Shown piece after piece: positions 28,452 through 36,922 of a stretch of 51,071 bases of DNA (position 1 is its first letter; each line of letters begins with the position of its first letter). Origin of the DNA: Syntrophobacteraceae bacterium CG2_30_61_12 (GTDB lineage: Bacteria; Desulfobacterota; Syntrophobacteria; Syntrophobacterales; DSM-9756). Where the stretch lies: the NCBI GenBank assembly GCA_001873705.1, contig MNZR01000016.1, positions 1 through 51,071 of the forward strand, given 5' to 3'. Position numbers and translations under genes: made by a program. The notes below the pieces were generated by a model, which worked only from the letters and a program-made list of their open reading frames with translations, had not been told where the DNA came from and ran no database searches.

Positions 28452-30081
28452 TCCGGGCAGCCTCTCGGTGTGCATGATTGTTCGGGATGAGGCTCGCCGG
28501 ATCGGCAAGGCATTGCATTGTTTCCAGAGCTTCGCCGATGAGATCATCGTGGTCGATACGGGGTCTCGAGACGAAACCAAGGAAATTGCCCGCGGATTCA
28601 CACCAAATTTGTTCGAGTTTGCTTGGTGTGATGATTTCGCGGCGGCCCGCAACGTCTCACTGGAACACGCCCATTGCAGTCATATTTTATGGCTGGATGC
28701 CGATGATCTGGTGGACGATGAGAATATCAATAAAATATTGCGCTTGAAACGGCTATTGGACAGCAACATCGCTTACTCCTTGGTGCTGCAAGATGTCCGA
28801 GCGGGAAAGCCGAGGCATTCCCTATACCAGTTGCGTTGCGTACCCAATCGATCCGATGTCCGTTTCGAGGGCCGTATTCATGAGGTCCTCGATCCCAGTG
28901 CCGCAGCCGCGGGTTTGACATTTGCCAGGGTGGACATCACCATCACCCACCATGGTTATGAAGATCCCTCCCTGTTCCGCGCCAAGGTGGAACGGAATAT
29001 TCAACTGATCAACCGGGAAATCCGGGCCGGGCGAGACGACACTCGGATCCTCTATTTTCTTGCTCAAAGTTACGGTTATTTGGGAAAATCCGAGGAAGCC
29101 GTGGCGACCATGCGTGAGGTTTTGAACCGGCTCGAGAGAAATACTCTGGAGCACCCCTTTTCGCAATCAAGTCTTACCGAACAACGGCAGCGCATCACCG
29201 ATAGTTGCCTCTTTCTTGCTGCACAACTGAGCGCGGCCCAGGACCAATCCGGCGCCCGTCGCTACCTTGTTAAGGCCCGGGCCGGAGCTTTCGATGATCG
29301 TTATGCGCTCTATCAAGTTGGGAACCTGCTGCAAAAAATCGGCGACCATGAGCAGGCCGTCGCCGTATTGGCGCTGGCTTTGGAATCAATCCAGAACACT
29401 TGTCATCTGCCTCGGCTTCCTGTCACTGATGCCAATATCTACGCACAGATGGCCTACAGTCATTATTGTCTGAACCGGCGCGCGACGGCCTTGCAATGCA
29501 TCGAGAACGGGTTGCGAACCGGATCGAGCCTGGAAATTTGGCAGCAGATCGCCGCCAAGGCCATGCAAGAGGGACGCTTTCAGTTGGCTCAGGAAGCCTA
29601 TGACTGTGCGGAACAAGATGGTGAATTAGCCGCGGACGGTTACTGCAACATGGGGTTGTTGCGAAGTAAAATCGGCGATCATTCGAAGGCTCGAAGATAT
29701 TTCGAGATGGCCCTGGGAAAACAGAAAAACCATTTGGATACCTTAATCAACTGGGCGCATTTGGAGCTCAGACTCGGCCGGTTCATGAAGGCGTGCCGAC
29801 TCTATGCCGGTGCCGTCGAAGCCGGCAGTCGCGGCCTGGATGTCATGCTGGCCTATTGCGCCACGGCGTATCGCACTGGAGTCACCGACAATCGAGTGAT
29901 CAAAGAGATCCTAGAAAAACAAATGGTGGAGGAGTTTGGTCGCACGATTCCAGGATCGGCGGCCGCGGATGTCAGGGTCCTTTTTGGCCTGGCGAAAAGG
30001 ATAGTGGAGGAAAAACACCGTCCCGGCTTGATCCGTTGGGCGCTAATTCTTGAAAAGCACGTGATGGGGGAGGGGCGCTAG
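28444..30081 (+). CDS. GT2 glycosyltransferase fused to a TPR domain, paralogue of 26757..28451
   Basis: LSVCMIVRDEARRIGKAL...IVVDTGSRDETKEIA...DFAAARNVSL...LWLDADD plus TPR repeats. There is an 8-nt overlap with the upstream paralogue. Confidence 0.75.
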   Translation: MGDPGSLSVCMIVRDEARRIGKALHCFQSFADEIIVVDTGSRDETKEIARGFTPNLFEFAWCDDFAAARNVSLEHAHCSHILWLDADDLVDDENINKILRLKRLLDSNIAYSLVLQDVRAGKPRHSLYQLRCVPNRSDVRFEGRIHEVLDPSAAAAGLTFARVDITITHHGYEDPSLFRAKVERNIQLINREIRAGRDDTRILYFLAQSYGYLGKSEEAVATMREVLNRLERNTLEHPFSQSSLTEQRQRITDSCLFLAAQLSAAQDQSGARRYLVKARAGAFDDRYALYQVGNLLQKIGDHEQAVAVLALALESIQNTCHLPRLPVTDANIYAQMAYSHYCLNRRATALQCIENGLRTGSSLEIWQQIAAKAMQEGRFQLAQEAYDCAEQDGELAADGYCNMGLLRSKIGDHSKARRYFEMALGKQKNHLDTLINWAHLELRLGRFMKACRLYAGAVEAGSRGLDVMLAYCATAYRTGVTDNRVIKEILEKQMVEEFGRTIPGSAAADVRVLFGLAKRIVEEKHRPGLIRWALILEKHVMGEGR

Positions 30082-30085
30082 CTTA

Positions 30086-31750
30086 ATGCATTGGGCAAGT
30101 TTTGATCCATTCACCATTGAAGATGCCTACTGGCAAGACAAGATGGGTATGCCCGTGGCCAATTTGGAGTTCCTGCAGGCGATCTTGGTGGCTGGGGATG
30201 TTGACAGTTTCCGCTTCTTTTGTGCGGATGCGGCTCAGTCTCGGAAGTTCTCCAACAAGCTTCGGCAGTTGGTTCCAACGGCCGGTTCAAAAATTCAGGT
30301 GCTTCCCCAAGCGTTGGCGCCGCAAAGCCTCCGTCGGCAGCCGCCGGACGTGATGCACAATGGAGACTTCACTCACTACATGCCGTACCTCATCGAGTGG
30401 CGCAATCGTGCGTTTGCCGACCGGCCGTTTCCGATCACCGGCGTGACCCACTCTTTGGACACCGTTTCCTTGCATGGCAAGTTCATTCAATTGCTGCTCG
30501 CCAATCCCAAGCCTTATGATGCCATCATTTGTTCCAGCCAGTGTGCCGTCGATATGTTACGGAACTCTTTCGCCGGAATTCGTGAAGCCTTGAAGGTTGC
30601 CTATGGAGCGAGTCTGCCGGCCCCCCCTCGGTTGGTCCGAATTCCACTGGGGATCGCGGACCGGGAATTCACGGCGGGGCAAAAAACGGTGGCGCGCAGG
30701 CGTCTGGGAATTCCTGAAGATCGTTTTGTGTTGCTCCATCTGGCTCGTTTTTCCCCGCGCCGGAAGATGGACCTGGCGCCATTTCTCGAGGCTCTGGCCG
30801 GGCTCAAGGGCCGAACCTTTGCCGGTCGCTCGTTGCCGCCCTGGCAATTGATCCTGGCCGGAGCCGGCAAGAAAGCCGACTTGACCCTGGTGCAAGAGAT
30901 GCTTGCTCGCCTCGGGCTCGATCGCGAGGTGCGCATCGAGCCCAACGTAACCCGGGAGAGGAAAGAGCTTTTGTTCCAGGCGGCCGACACCTTCTGTTCG
31001 TTGGTGGACAATCATCAGGAAACCTTCGGCCTGACGGTTGTCGAGGCCATGGCTCGGGGGCTGCCGGTCATCGCCTCTGACTTTAACGGCTACAAGGAAC
31101 TGGTCTCACCTGGGCGGACCGGATTTCTGATCCCCACCTACGAGAGTCTCGGCCACGAACCTTGGGAGGCCTTGTCCGGGCTGCTGGATCCTTCCATGCT
31201 GCGGTTTTATCGAGCCCAGAAAATTTCTTTTGACATTGATACCTTTTCCGATGCGGTGGTGCAGATGGCGTTCAGGCCCGAGTTGCGGGAGGCGATGGGC
31301 CGGCGGGCGCGGATTCGAGCGGAACCGTATCGGTGGTCGTCGATCTTGAAGGACTACCACCAGCTCTGGAAATCCCTGGCGCGGGAAGCACGGATGACAC
31401 GGGGCAAGAAGAATGTTGGTGGCAATCCGCTCCCCCTGTTGACCCCGTGCATGAACAGGAGTTTTTCGCATTTCCCGAGTGGCTCGATCTCATCCGATTC
31501 GATTTTGGGGTCGAGCGCCCATGCGAGTTGCCTTCCCAAAGGATTCGAACCCATTCGCTACGATGAGATGGCCATTCTGCTTCGTGACGATTGCCTTCAC
31601 TTCATCCTGGAGCAGTTCGAAAAGGGAGATTGCAATGTGCGCGAATTGGAAGATGAGGTGGTCGATCGGTTCCGGATGGACCAAGACCTTGTCCTGGTGC
31701 ATCTGGACTGGCTTTTGAAACATGGGCTGATCACTGTAAAAAAACTCTAA
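30086..31750 (+). CDS. GT4 (GT-B) family glycosyltransferase
   Basis: ETFGLTVVEAMARGLPVIASDFNGYKELV (Ex7E region). Confidence 0.75.
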   Translation: MHWASFDPFTIEDAYWQDKMGMPVANLEFLQAILVAGDVDSFRFFCADAAQSRKFSNKLRQLVPTAGSKIQVLPQALAPQSLRRQPPDVMHNGDFTHYMPYLIEWRNRAFADRPFPITGVTHSLDTVSLHGKFIQLLLANPKPYDAIICSSQCAVDMLRNSFAGIREALKVAYGASLPAPPRLVRIPLGIADREFTAGQKTVARRRLGIPEDRFVLLHLARFSPRRKMDLAPFLEALAGLKGRTFAGRSLPPWQLILAGAGKKADLTLVQEMLARLGLDREVRIEPNVTRERKELLFQAADTFCSLVDNHQETFGLTVVEAMARGLPVIASDFNGYKELVSPGRTGFLIPTYESLGHEPWEALSGLLDPSMLRFYRAQKISFDIDTFSDAVVQMAFRPELREAMGRRARIRAEPYRWSSILKDYHQLWKSLAREARMTRGKKNVGGNPLPLLTPCMNRSFSHFPSGSISSDSILGSSAHASCLPKGFEPIRYDEMAILLRDDCLHFILEQFEKGDCNVRELEDEVVDRFRMDQDLVLVHLDWLLKHGLITVKKL

Positions 31751-31775
31751 AGTCCCGGCGTCCAACTGTCGATCA
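31748..31775 (+). promoter_or_regulatory. Sigma28 (FliA)-type promoter for fliC
   Basis: TAAAGTCC-N12-GTCGATCA compared with consensus TAAAGTTT-N11-GCCGATAA. It overlaps the stop codon of the preceding GT gene, ~85 nt before the fliC ATG. Confidence 0.5.
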
Positions 31776-31820
31776 AGAGAGCAAAGGACAGGAAGGACTG
31801 GTAGAGTTTAACCGGAAAAA

Positions 31821-31852
31821 GGCAAGGATGCCTCGACAACCATTCAAGGAGG
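31821..31852 (+). promoter_or_regulatory. Putative CsrA binding sites in the fliC leader (GGA hairpin plus GGA within the SD)
   Basis: GGCA-AGGA-TGCC hairpin (31821-31832) presents AGGA in the loop. A second CAAGGA (31845-31850) is part of the SD sequence AAGGAGG. Three more GGA motifs lie at 31786-31797. Confidence 0.4.
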
Positions 31853-31859
31853 AATGAAC

Positions 31860-32699
31860 ATGGCACTTCGAATCAACACCAACATCAACGCGTTGAACAT
31901 TCAACGGAACCTGACCCTGACCAATCGGGACGTCGGGAATTCTCTATCGAGATTGTCGTCAGGGTACCGGATCAACTCGGCCAAGGACGATTCAGCCGGG
32001 TATGCTGTTGCCAACTCGTTCAAGGCGAAGATCTCGTCCTTGCGGGTGGCCTATCAGAATGCCGGTGAGTCCAGTTCCATGCTGCAGGTGGCGGATGGGG
32101 CTTACAACGAGGTTCACAACATTCTGATTCGGATGAAGGATCTGGCGACGCAGTCGGCGGGTGGGCAGATCACCAATGACAACCGAACGCTGCTCAACAC
32201 TGAATTCACCCAGTTGCAGTCCGAATTGGACCGAATTTCTGAAAGCTCATCCTACAACGGTGTGAACCTGGTTTACAGTACTGCGGCTGGAACTGCATCT
32301 TCCTTCACCTTCCAGATCGGCGCCCAGAATGCGACCCATGATCAATTGAGCGTCAGCTTGAATGCCGTGTCAACCGCGGCTCTGATGGTGGGCACGAACG
32401 TCGGCATCGGTACGGCCGCCAGTGCCCAGGCCACCATGACCGCAATCGATACGGCGCTCACCAGCGTGAACTCGAATATGTCCACGTTGGGCGCTTATCA
32501 GAACCGGCTGCAGCACACCATGGACAACCTGAACATCATGGTGGAGAACTACTCGGCTTCCGAGTCCGCCATCCGCGATGTGGACATGGCCTATGAGGTG
32601 ACCCAGTTCACCAAGAGTCAGATCCTGCAGCAGTCCGGCATGGCCATGCTGGCCCAGGCCAACGCCGCGCCGCAGCAAATTCTCCAACTCCTCGGCTAA
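31860..32699 (+). CDS. fliC: Flagellin (short, 279 aa)
   Basis: MALRINTNINALN...LSSGYRINSAKDDSAGYAV N-terminus and QNRLQHTMDNL...AQANAAPQQILQLL C-terminus. AAGGAGG lies 7 nt before the ATG at 31860. Confidence 0.92.
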   Translation: MALRINTNINALNIQRNLTLTNRDVGNSLSRLSSGYRINSAKDDSAGYAVANSFKAKISSLRVAYQNAGESSSMLQVADGAYNEVHNILIRMKDLATQSAGGQITNDNRTLLNTEFTQLQSELDRISESSSYNGVNLVYSTAAGTASSFTFQIGAQNATHDQLSVSLNAVSTAALMVGTNVGIGTAASAQATMTAIDTALTSVNSNMSTLGAYQNRLQHTMDNLNIMVENYSASESAIRDVDMAYEVTQFTKSQILQQSGMAMLAQANAAPQQILQLLG

Positions 32700-32739
32700 T
32701 CTCCGGGGACCAAACTCCAAACTACCAGTCCGAAGCCGG

Positions 32740-32772
32740 GGGGGCGCCGTCAAGGCGCCCCCTTTCTTGTTG
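32740..32772 (+). terminator. Rho-independent terminator after fliC
   Basis: GGGGGCGCC-GTCAA-GGCGCCCCC is a perfect 9-bp GC stem followed by TTTCTTGTT. Confidence 0.8.
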
Positions 32773-32789
32773 ATCCCTTGAGGTTTTAC

Positions 32790-32817
32790 TAAAGCCGTCG
32801 GCGGATTCAGCCGATCT
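32790..32817 (+). promoter_or_regulatory. Sigma28-type promoter for fliD-fliS
   Basis: TAAAGCCG-N12-GCCGATCT, ~90 nt before the fliD ATG. Spacing matches the fliC candidate. Confidence 0.45.
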
Positions 32818-32909
32818 ATCCAGTGAGACCATCACTGCCGGACGGCGCACCGAGCGGATCAACACCGCCGGCCGGCGGAATCATCATCGGCAAGACAAGG
32901 AGTTGGGTC

Positions 32910-34223
32910 ATGGGACTGAGCATCAGCGGTCTGGGGAGCGGTTTCGATTGGCAGAGCACCGTCGAACAGGTGCGGCAGGTCCAGGAAAAGCAACTGCTCG
33001 GACCCTTGAACACACAAAAGTCGAGCTATAAAGACAAGCTCGATGCCTGGGACAGTATTTCCAGCAAACTGTCGGCTTTTCTCACCGCCGTTCAGGATAT
33101 CAAAGACAGCACCGATTTCGATCTGTTCGCGCCCACGCTCACTTCCTCGTCGGCGTCGGTGGCCGCCGACAGTCTGCTTGCGGTCACGGTGGATTCCGGC
33201 GCCGGCCGCGGACTCTTCGACATCCAGGTGACCAATCTGGCCAAGGCGGAGAAACTTCAATCCGATAGCGTGACTTCAACAACGACTGATGCGGGCTGGA
33301 CCGGATCGATCAGCGTGGGCGGCAACGCCGTCACCCTGGACGGCAAGAGCCTCACCGATCTGCAGGATGAAATCAACACCTTGAATACCGGTGACACCCC
33401 CACCGGGGTGGTGGCGAGCGTGCTCCAGGTTTCTTCAAGCGACTACCGGCTCCTTCTGACCAGCGAGGAAACGGGCGCCGCCGGGATCGATTTCACCGAC
33501 GCCGCCGGCGACTACTTCGCCACGCTTCAGGCCGGAGAAGACGCTGCTTTCAGCATCGACGGGATCAGCATGACCCGCTCATCGAACACGGTCGATGATG
33601 CTATTGCGGGGATTACCCTGAATCTCATGGGGGAAGACCCAACCACCACGGTGACCCTGGATCTGCGCCATGATCAGGACGCCATGGCAGCGAAAGTGCA
33701 AGCGGTGGTCGACGCCTACAACGGCCTGGCCGGCTACATCAACGATCAGTTCAGCTACAATGCCGATACCCAATCGACCGGAGGGCCGCTGTTCGGCGAT
33801 GGCATCACCCGCTCGCTCAAGAGCACGATGCAAAGTGCGCTGCTGGATGCGGGCCTGTACAATTACGGCATCACCTTTGAAAACGACGGCACCGTGAGCC
33901 TCGATGGCGTCGATCTGGAAGCGGCCTTCCAGTCCGATTTCGGTGGTACCGTTTCCGGTTTCAATGATCTGGCACAATCCTTGGAAAGTATCCTCAGTGG
34001 TTACACCGATTCGGTCGACGGTACGGTGAAGCTCCAGAGGAACAGCATCCAGACCAATATCGATCGCCTCGACGATAAGATCACCAACATGACGTCGCGG
34101 ATCGACATGGAGATGGAACGCCTCACCAAACAGTTCATCACCATGGACGATGCCTTGAATCAAATGCAGAGTCAATCCAACTGGCTGTCGAGCCAATTGA
34201 GCAGCCTCGGCTACAGTTCCTAG
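32910..34223 (+). CDS. fliD: Flagellar filament cap protein
   Basis: MGLSISGLGSGFDWQSTVEQ N-terminus and C-terminal ...MERLTKQFITMDDALNQMQSQSNWLSSQL. AAGGAG lies before the ATG at 32910. Confidence 0.9.
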   Translation: MGLSISGLGSGFDWQSTVEQVRQVQEKQLLGPLNTQKSSYKDKLDAWDSISSKLSAFLTAVQDIKDSTDFDLFAPTLTSSSASVAADSLLAVTVDSGAGRGLFDIQVTNLAKAEKLQSDSVTSTTTDAGWTGSISVGGNAVTLDGKSLTDLQDEINTLNTGDTPTGVVASVLQVSSSDYRLLLTSEETGAAGIDFTDAAGDYFATLQAGEDAAFSIDGISMTRSSNTVDDAIAGITLNLMGEDPTTTVTLDLRHDQDAMAAKVQAVVDAYNGLAGYINDQFSYNADTQSTGGPLFGDGITRSLKSTMQSALLDAGLYNYGITFENDGTVSLDGVDLEAAFQSDFGGTVSGFNDLAQSLESILSGYTDSVDGTVKLQRNSIQTNIDRLDDKITNMTSRIDMEMERLTKQFITMDDALNQMQSQSNWLSSQLSSLGYSS

Positions 34224-34266
34224 CCAGGCGCATGGGGACCATAACTTTCTTGCAAGGGGGTAACTG

Positions 34267-34644
34267 ATGAACACTGCCGACGCCAGGCTGAGCGCAGCCA
34301 ATGGAGGGGCATCTCAAGCCATGGAAACAATGAACTTGACCATCCGCTGCTACGACGCGGTGATCCAGGATCTGGAGAAGGCCACGAAATTCCAGCGTGC
34401 GGGGGACACCGAGTCGTCCTTCGATCGCATCCGCCACGCCCAGGACGTCATGACCGAGCTGCTGGTGGGCCTGGATTATGAACGCGGCGGTTTGGTGGCT
34501 CAAAACCTCAGCCGGATCTACAATTTCATCCTGCGCCAGTTGATCGGTTTTCATGGCGCCGAGGGCGAAACCGTTTCCGGCCACCTGATCCGGATGCTGG
34601 AGGAATTGCGGGGCGCCTGGAAGCAAGTGGCCGCCGGTTGTTAG
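34267..34644 (+). CDS. fliS: Flagellin-specific export chaperone FliS (copy 1)
   Basis: ELLVGLDYERGGLVAQNLSRIYNFILRQL is the FliS core motif. Length is 125 aa. Confidence 0.85.
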   Translation: MNTADARLSAANGGASQAMETMNLTIRCYDAVIQDLEKATKFQRAGDTESSFDRIRHAQDVMTELLVGLDYERGGLVAQNLSRIYNFILRQLIGFHGAEGETVSGHLIRMLEELRGAWKQVAAGC

Positions 34645-34731
34645 AGCAGGCCGGCCGATCATCGAGACGGACCGGGTAACGGGCGGACACGGCATCGATC
34701 ATCCATTGATCTCCCGAGGAGGAACTACCCA

Positions 34732-35172
34732 ATGATGCAGAATCATGCGTTGAGCGCCTACCAGAAGACCACGGTGGAAACGGCGGATCCCGTGGCCCTG
34801 GTGATCATGTGCCACGAAAGAACCATCCGCGATCTGGAAGCGGCCAGGCGATTCCACGGCGATCGGCAAATGCCTCAGGCTTACGACAAGATCCGTCATG
34901 CCCAGGATATCTTGACCGAACTCCTGGTGGGTCTCGATTATGAGCGTGGTGGCATCATTGCCGGCAACCTTTCGCGCCTTTACAACTTCATGCTGCGGGA
35001 ATTGATCGCGGTCAATTCACAGAAAAACACCAGGGTCTATGAGGTTATCGTCAAAATGTTGGCGGAACTGAAGGATGCCTGGAGCGAGATCCATCGTCAG
35101 TATAGCCAAGAGGCGATTTCCCTCAAGGAACAACAGCCTTTGGGAGGTTCGGGTTACCAGGTCACGGGCTGA
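34732..35172 (+). CDS. fliS: Flagellin-specific export chaperone FliS (copy 2)
   Basis: AYQKTTVETADPVALVIMCHE...ELLVGLDYERGGIIAGNLSRLYNFMLRELI. GAGGAGG lies before the ATG. Confidence 0.85.
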   Translation: MMQNHALSAYQKTTVETADPVALVIMCHERTIRDLEAARRFHGDRQMPQAYDKIRHAQDILTELLVGLDYERGGIIAGNLSRLYNFMLRELIAVNSQKNTRVYEVIVKMLAELKDAWSEIHRQYSQEAISLKEQQPLGGSGYQVTG

Positions 35173-35267
35173 ACGCAATCGGGTTGGGGCCGCCGATGAG
35201 GTGATCAAGGAAATCGACCGGTTCCCATGGCCATCGTCATCAACCTTCATGAAAGGAAAACCGATCC

Positions 35268-35639
35268 ATGGTCCTCGGCAACACACTCCATCACGAACCT
35301 GGTTGCCTCGAAGCCATTGACAACCTGGCTCGGTTGACTGACCAACTTCGGCGCGCGGCGGATTCGGGAGACCCTGGTTTCGCGGATCTGGCCCAGTCCT
35401 GTGCCCAAGCTTTTCAGGATTTGCAGCAGGTTTTTGCCCTCAAATCGATTCCGACCAGGGATTCGAACGGCGAGGATCGGCGCGCGCTGCTGGATCGCTT
35501 GTCCGCCTTGAGCGCCAGGACCACTGCTTGTGCACGCGGTCTAGCGAGTGCCCTGGGCGAGACGGAACAGCGACTGCAAGTGCTCCGCACCCAGCAACGG
35601 GCGGCAAGAGGCTATCGCAACTGTCCGCGGCGGAGTTGA
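35268..35639 (+). CDS. Hypothetical helical protein (possible FliT/FlgN-like export chaperone)
   Basis: ORF sits in the fliS-flaG gap. It looks helical and Leu/Ala/Arg-rich. No motif recognised. Confidence 0.3.
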   Translation: MVLGNTLHHEPGCLEAIDNLARLTDQLRRAADSGDPGFADLAQSCAQAFQDLQQVFALKSIPTRDSNGEDRRALLDRLSALSARTTACARGLASALGETEQRLQVLRTQQRAARGYRNCPRRS

Positions 35640-35781
35640 TGGTGGGTAAGCGTTCACCCAAGGTGCCATTCCCCCGGGCAATTGAAAAAGCCGATTCAAG
35701 CAAAGGCGCGAAGCCGCAAGGTACCCTGGACCGTGAACGTTCCCGGAAAACCGGCAGTTACGATTTCGTAAATTTTTCCGT

Positions 35782-35809
35782 TCAAGTCTTGTTCACATTG
35801 AGCCGATTA
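35782..35809 (+). promoter_or_regulatory. Sigma28-type promoter for flaG
   Basis: TCAAGTCT-N12-GCCGATTA, ~77 nt before the flaG ATG. Nearly identical boxes occur at the flgM candidate. Confidence 0.45.
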
Positions 35810-35885
35810 TCAGATTGCGAGTGGGGAATCTCCGCAAGGAGAATGGATCAACAGCCAGGAAGGCGCAGCAAGCGAGGATGGAGCC

Positions 35886-36290
35886 ATGCAAATCAAACCG
35901 GAATCCATTCAACCGGTAGCAATCGAAAATTGGGCGACCAGGGAGCGTCTTGGAGAGCCGGCCCAGGCGGTCAAACCGGTGCCGAAGACCGATGCGGTCC
36001 AGGGCACGCGCCGGGAAAACAAATCGAACGGCGGCGGCCAACTGGGCAACAAGAATGCCGGTGAAGATCCAAAGCAGGCGCAGACGTTGGTCGACGAGGT
36101 CCAGTCGTATCTCGACAATCTCAATATTCAGTTGCATTTCCAGTTGGATGATCGGACCGGCGAATCGGTGGTGCAGGTGCTGGACCCGGATAGCGGGGAT
36201 GTGATACGGCAAATTCCCCCCGAGGAACTGCTGGAAATCCGAGGCAAGCTGGAGGAATTGCGTGGGATCCTTTTCGACCGGCGCGCATGA
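35886..36290 (+). CDS. flaG: FlaG family flagellar protein
   Basis: C-terminal LNIQLHFQLDDRTGESVVQVLDPDSGDVIRQIPPEELLEI is the FlaG signature. Confidence 0.8.
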   Translation: MQIKPESIQPVAIENWATRERLGEPAQAVKPVPKTDAVQGTRRENKSNGGGQLGNKNAGEDPKQAQTLVDEVQSYLDNLNIQLHFQLDDRTGESVVQVLDPDSGDVIRQIPPEELLEIRGKLEELRGILFDRRA

Positions 36291-36328
36291 AGGCCGGTAC
36301 CGGGGATCGGTGCGCAATCGTCGATTTC

Positions 36329-36841
36329 TCAACGGTCGCTTTCATAAGGGTACCAATCGCCCTTGCGCACCCGTTCGACTTTGAGCACCACCATTTCGTT
36401 GGTGGCGGTGTTGAATACTACCTTTCTGCCCATTTGCCCGCCCACATCTTCCGATACCGAAGGCACCTTCAGCTTCCGCAGCACCTCTCGAGCCGCCAGA
36501 ATATTCTCATGGCCGATGTCTTCCGGGGAGATTTCCGGGTTATAAGCGCCGCCGATGATCCGCGCTTCCAAATGCCGGGGCTTCGACCCGTAATGGAGCA
36601 TGGTTTGCACCAGCGCGTAGGTCGCCGCATTGCCGAAGCGGGCCGTGGCCTGCCGGCGGTCGTCGGTGCGCGGGTACTGAAAATGGTTCATGCCGCCGAA
36701 CCCCTTGTTGCGGTCAAACAGGGTCACCGCCACGCAGGAACCCAGGACCGCGGAAACCAGGGTCGGGGTTTTGGTGACGTAGATGAAACCTGGGTTCAGA
36801 AGGTAATTCACCTCAACCAGGTCAGGGGTGCTGTCGTTCAT
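36329..36841 (-). CDS. cheD: Chemoreceptor glutamine deamidase CheD
   Basis: LLNPGFIYVT...LVSAVLGSCVAVTLFDRNKGFGGMNHFQYP...ARIIGGA...DVGGQMGRKVVFNTATNEMVV. Start taken at MNDSTPD. Confidence 0.8.
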   Translation of the reverse strand: MNDSTPDLVEVNYLLNPGFIYVTKTPTLVSAVLGSCVAVTLFDRNKGFGGMNHFQYPRTDDRRQATARFGNAATYALVQTMLHYGSKPRHLEARIIGGAYNPEISPEDIGHENILAAREVLRKLKVPSVSEDVGGQMGRKVVFNTATNEMVVLKVERVRKGDWYPYESDR

Positions 36842-36922
36842 CGCTGATCCCACCAGGTTGCCACAGCCAATCAAAAAGAGTCACAACGCCGGTAAGCCGG
36901 TAGTCTTGGTCCGGGGGCCGGC

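Noticed and set aside
31807-31839. Alternative sigma28 promoter nearer fliC (TTTAA ... CTCGACAA).
   Set aside because: The spacer between any TAAA-like box and the CGACAA box is wrong (11-13 or 20 nt). The 31748-31775 candidate matches much better.
35528-36064. 178-aa ORF spanning the hypothetical/flaG gap and overlapping flaG in another frame.
   Set aside because: It overlaps two better-supported ORFs and the flaG sigma28 promoter candidate. Its composition is Arg/Gly/Ser-rich and no motif is recognised.
36291-36328. GCCGGTACCGG palindrome between the convergent flaG and cheD genes, considered as a bidirectional terminator.
   Set aside because: The stem is only 4-5 bp with essentially no loop and no T/A tracts. 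That is insufficient to call.
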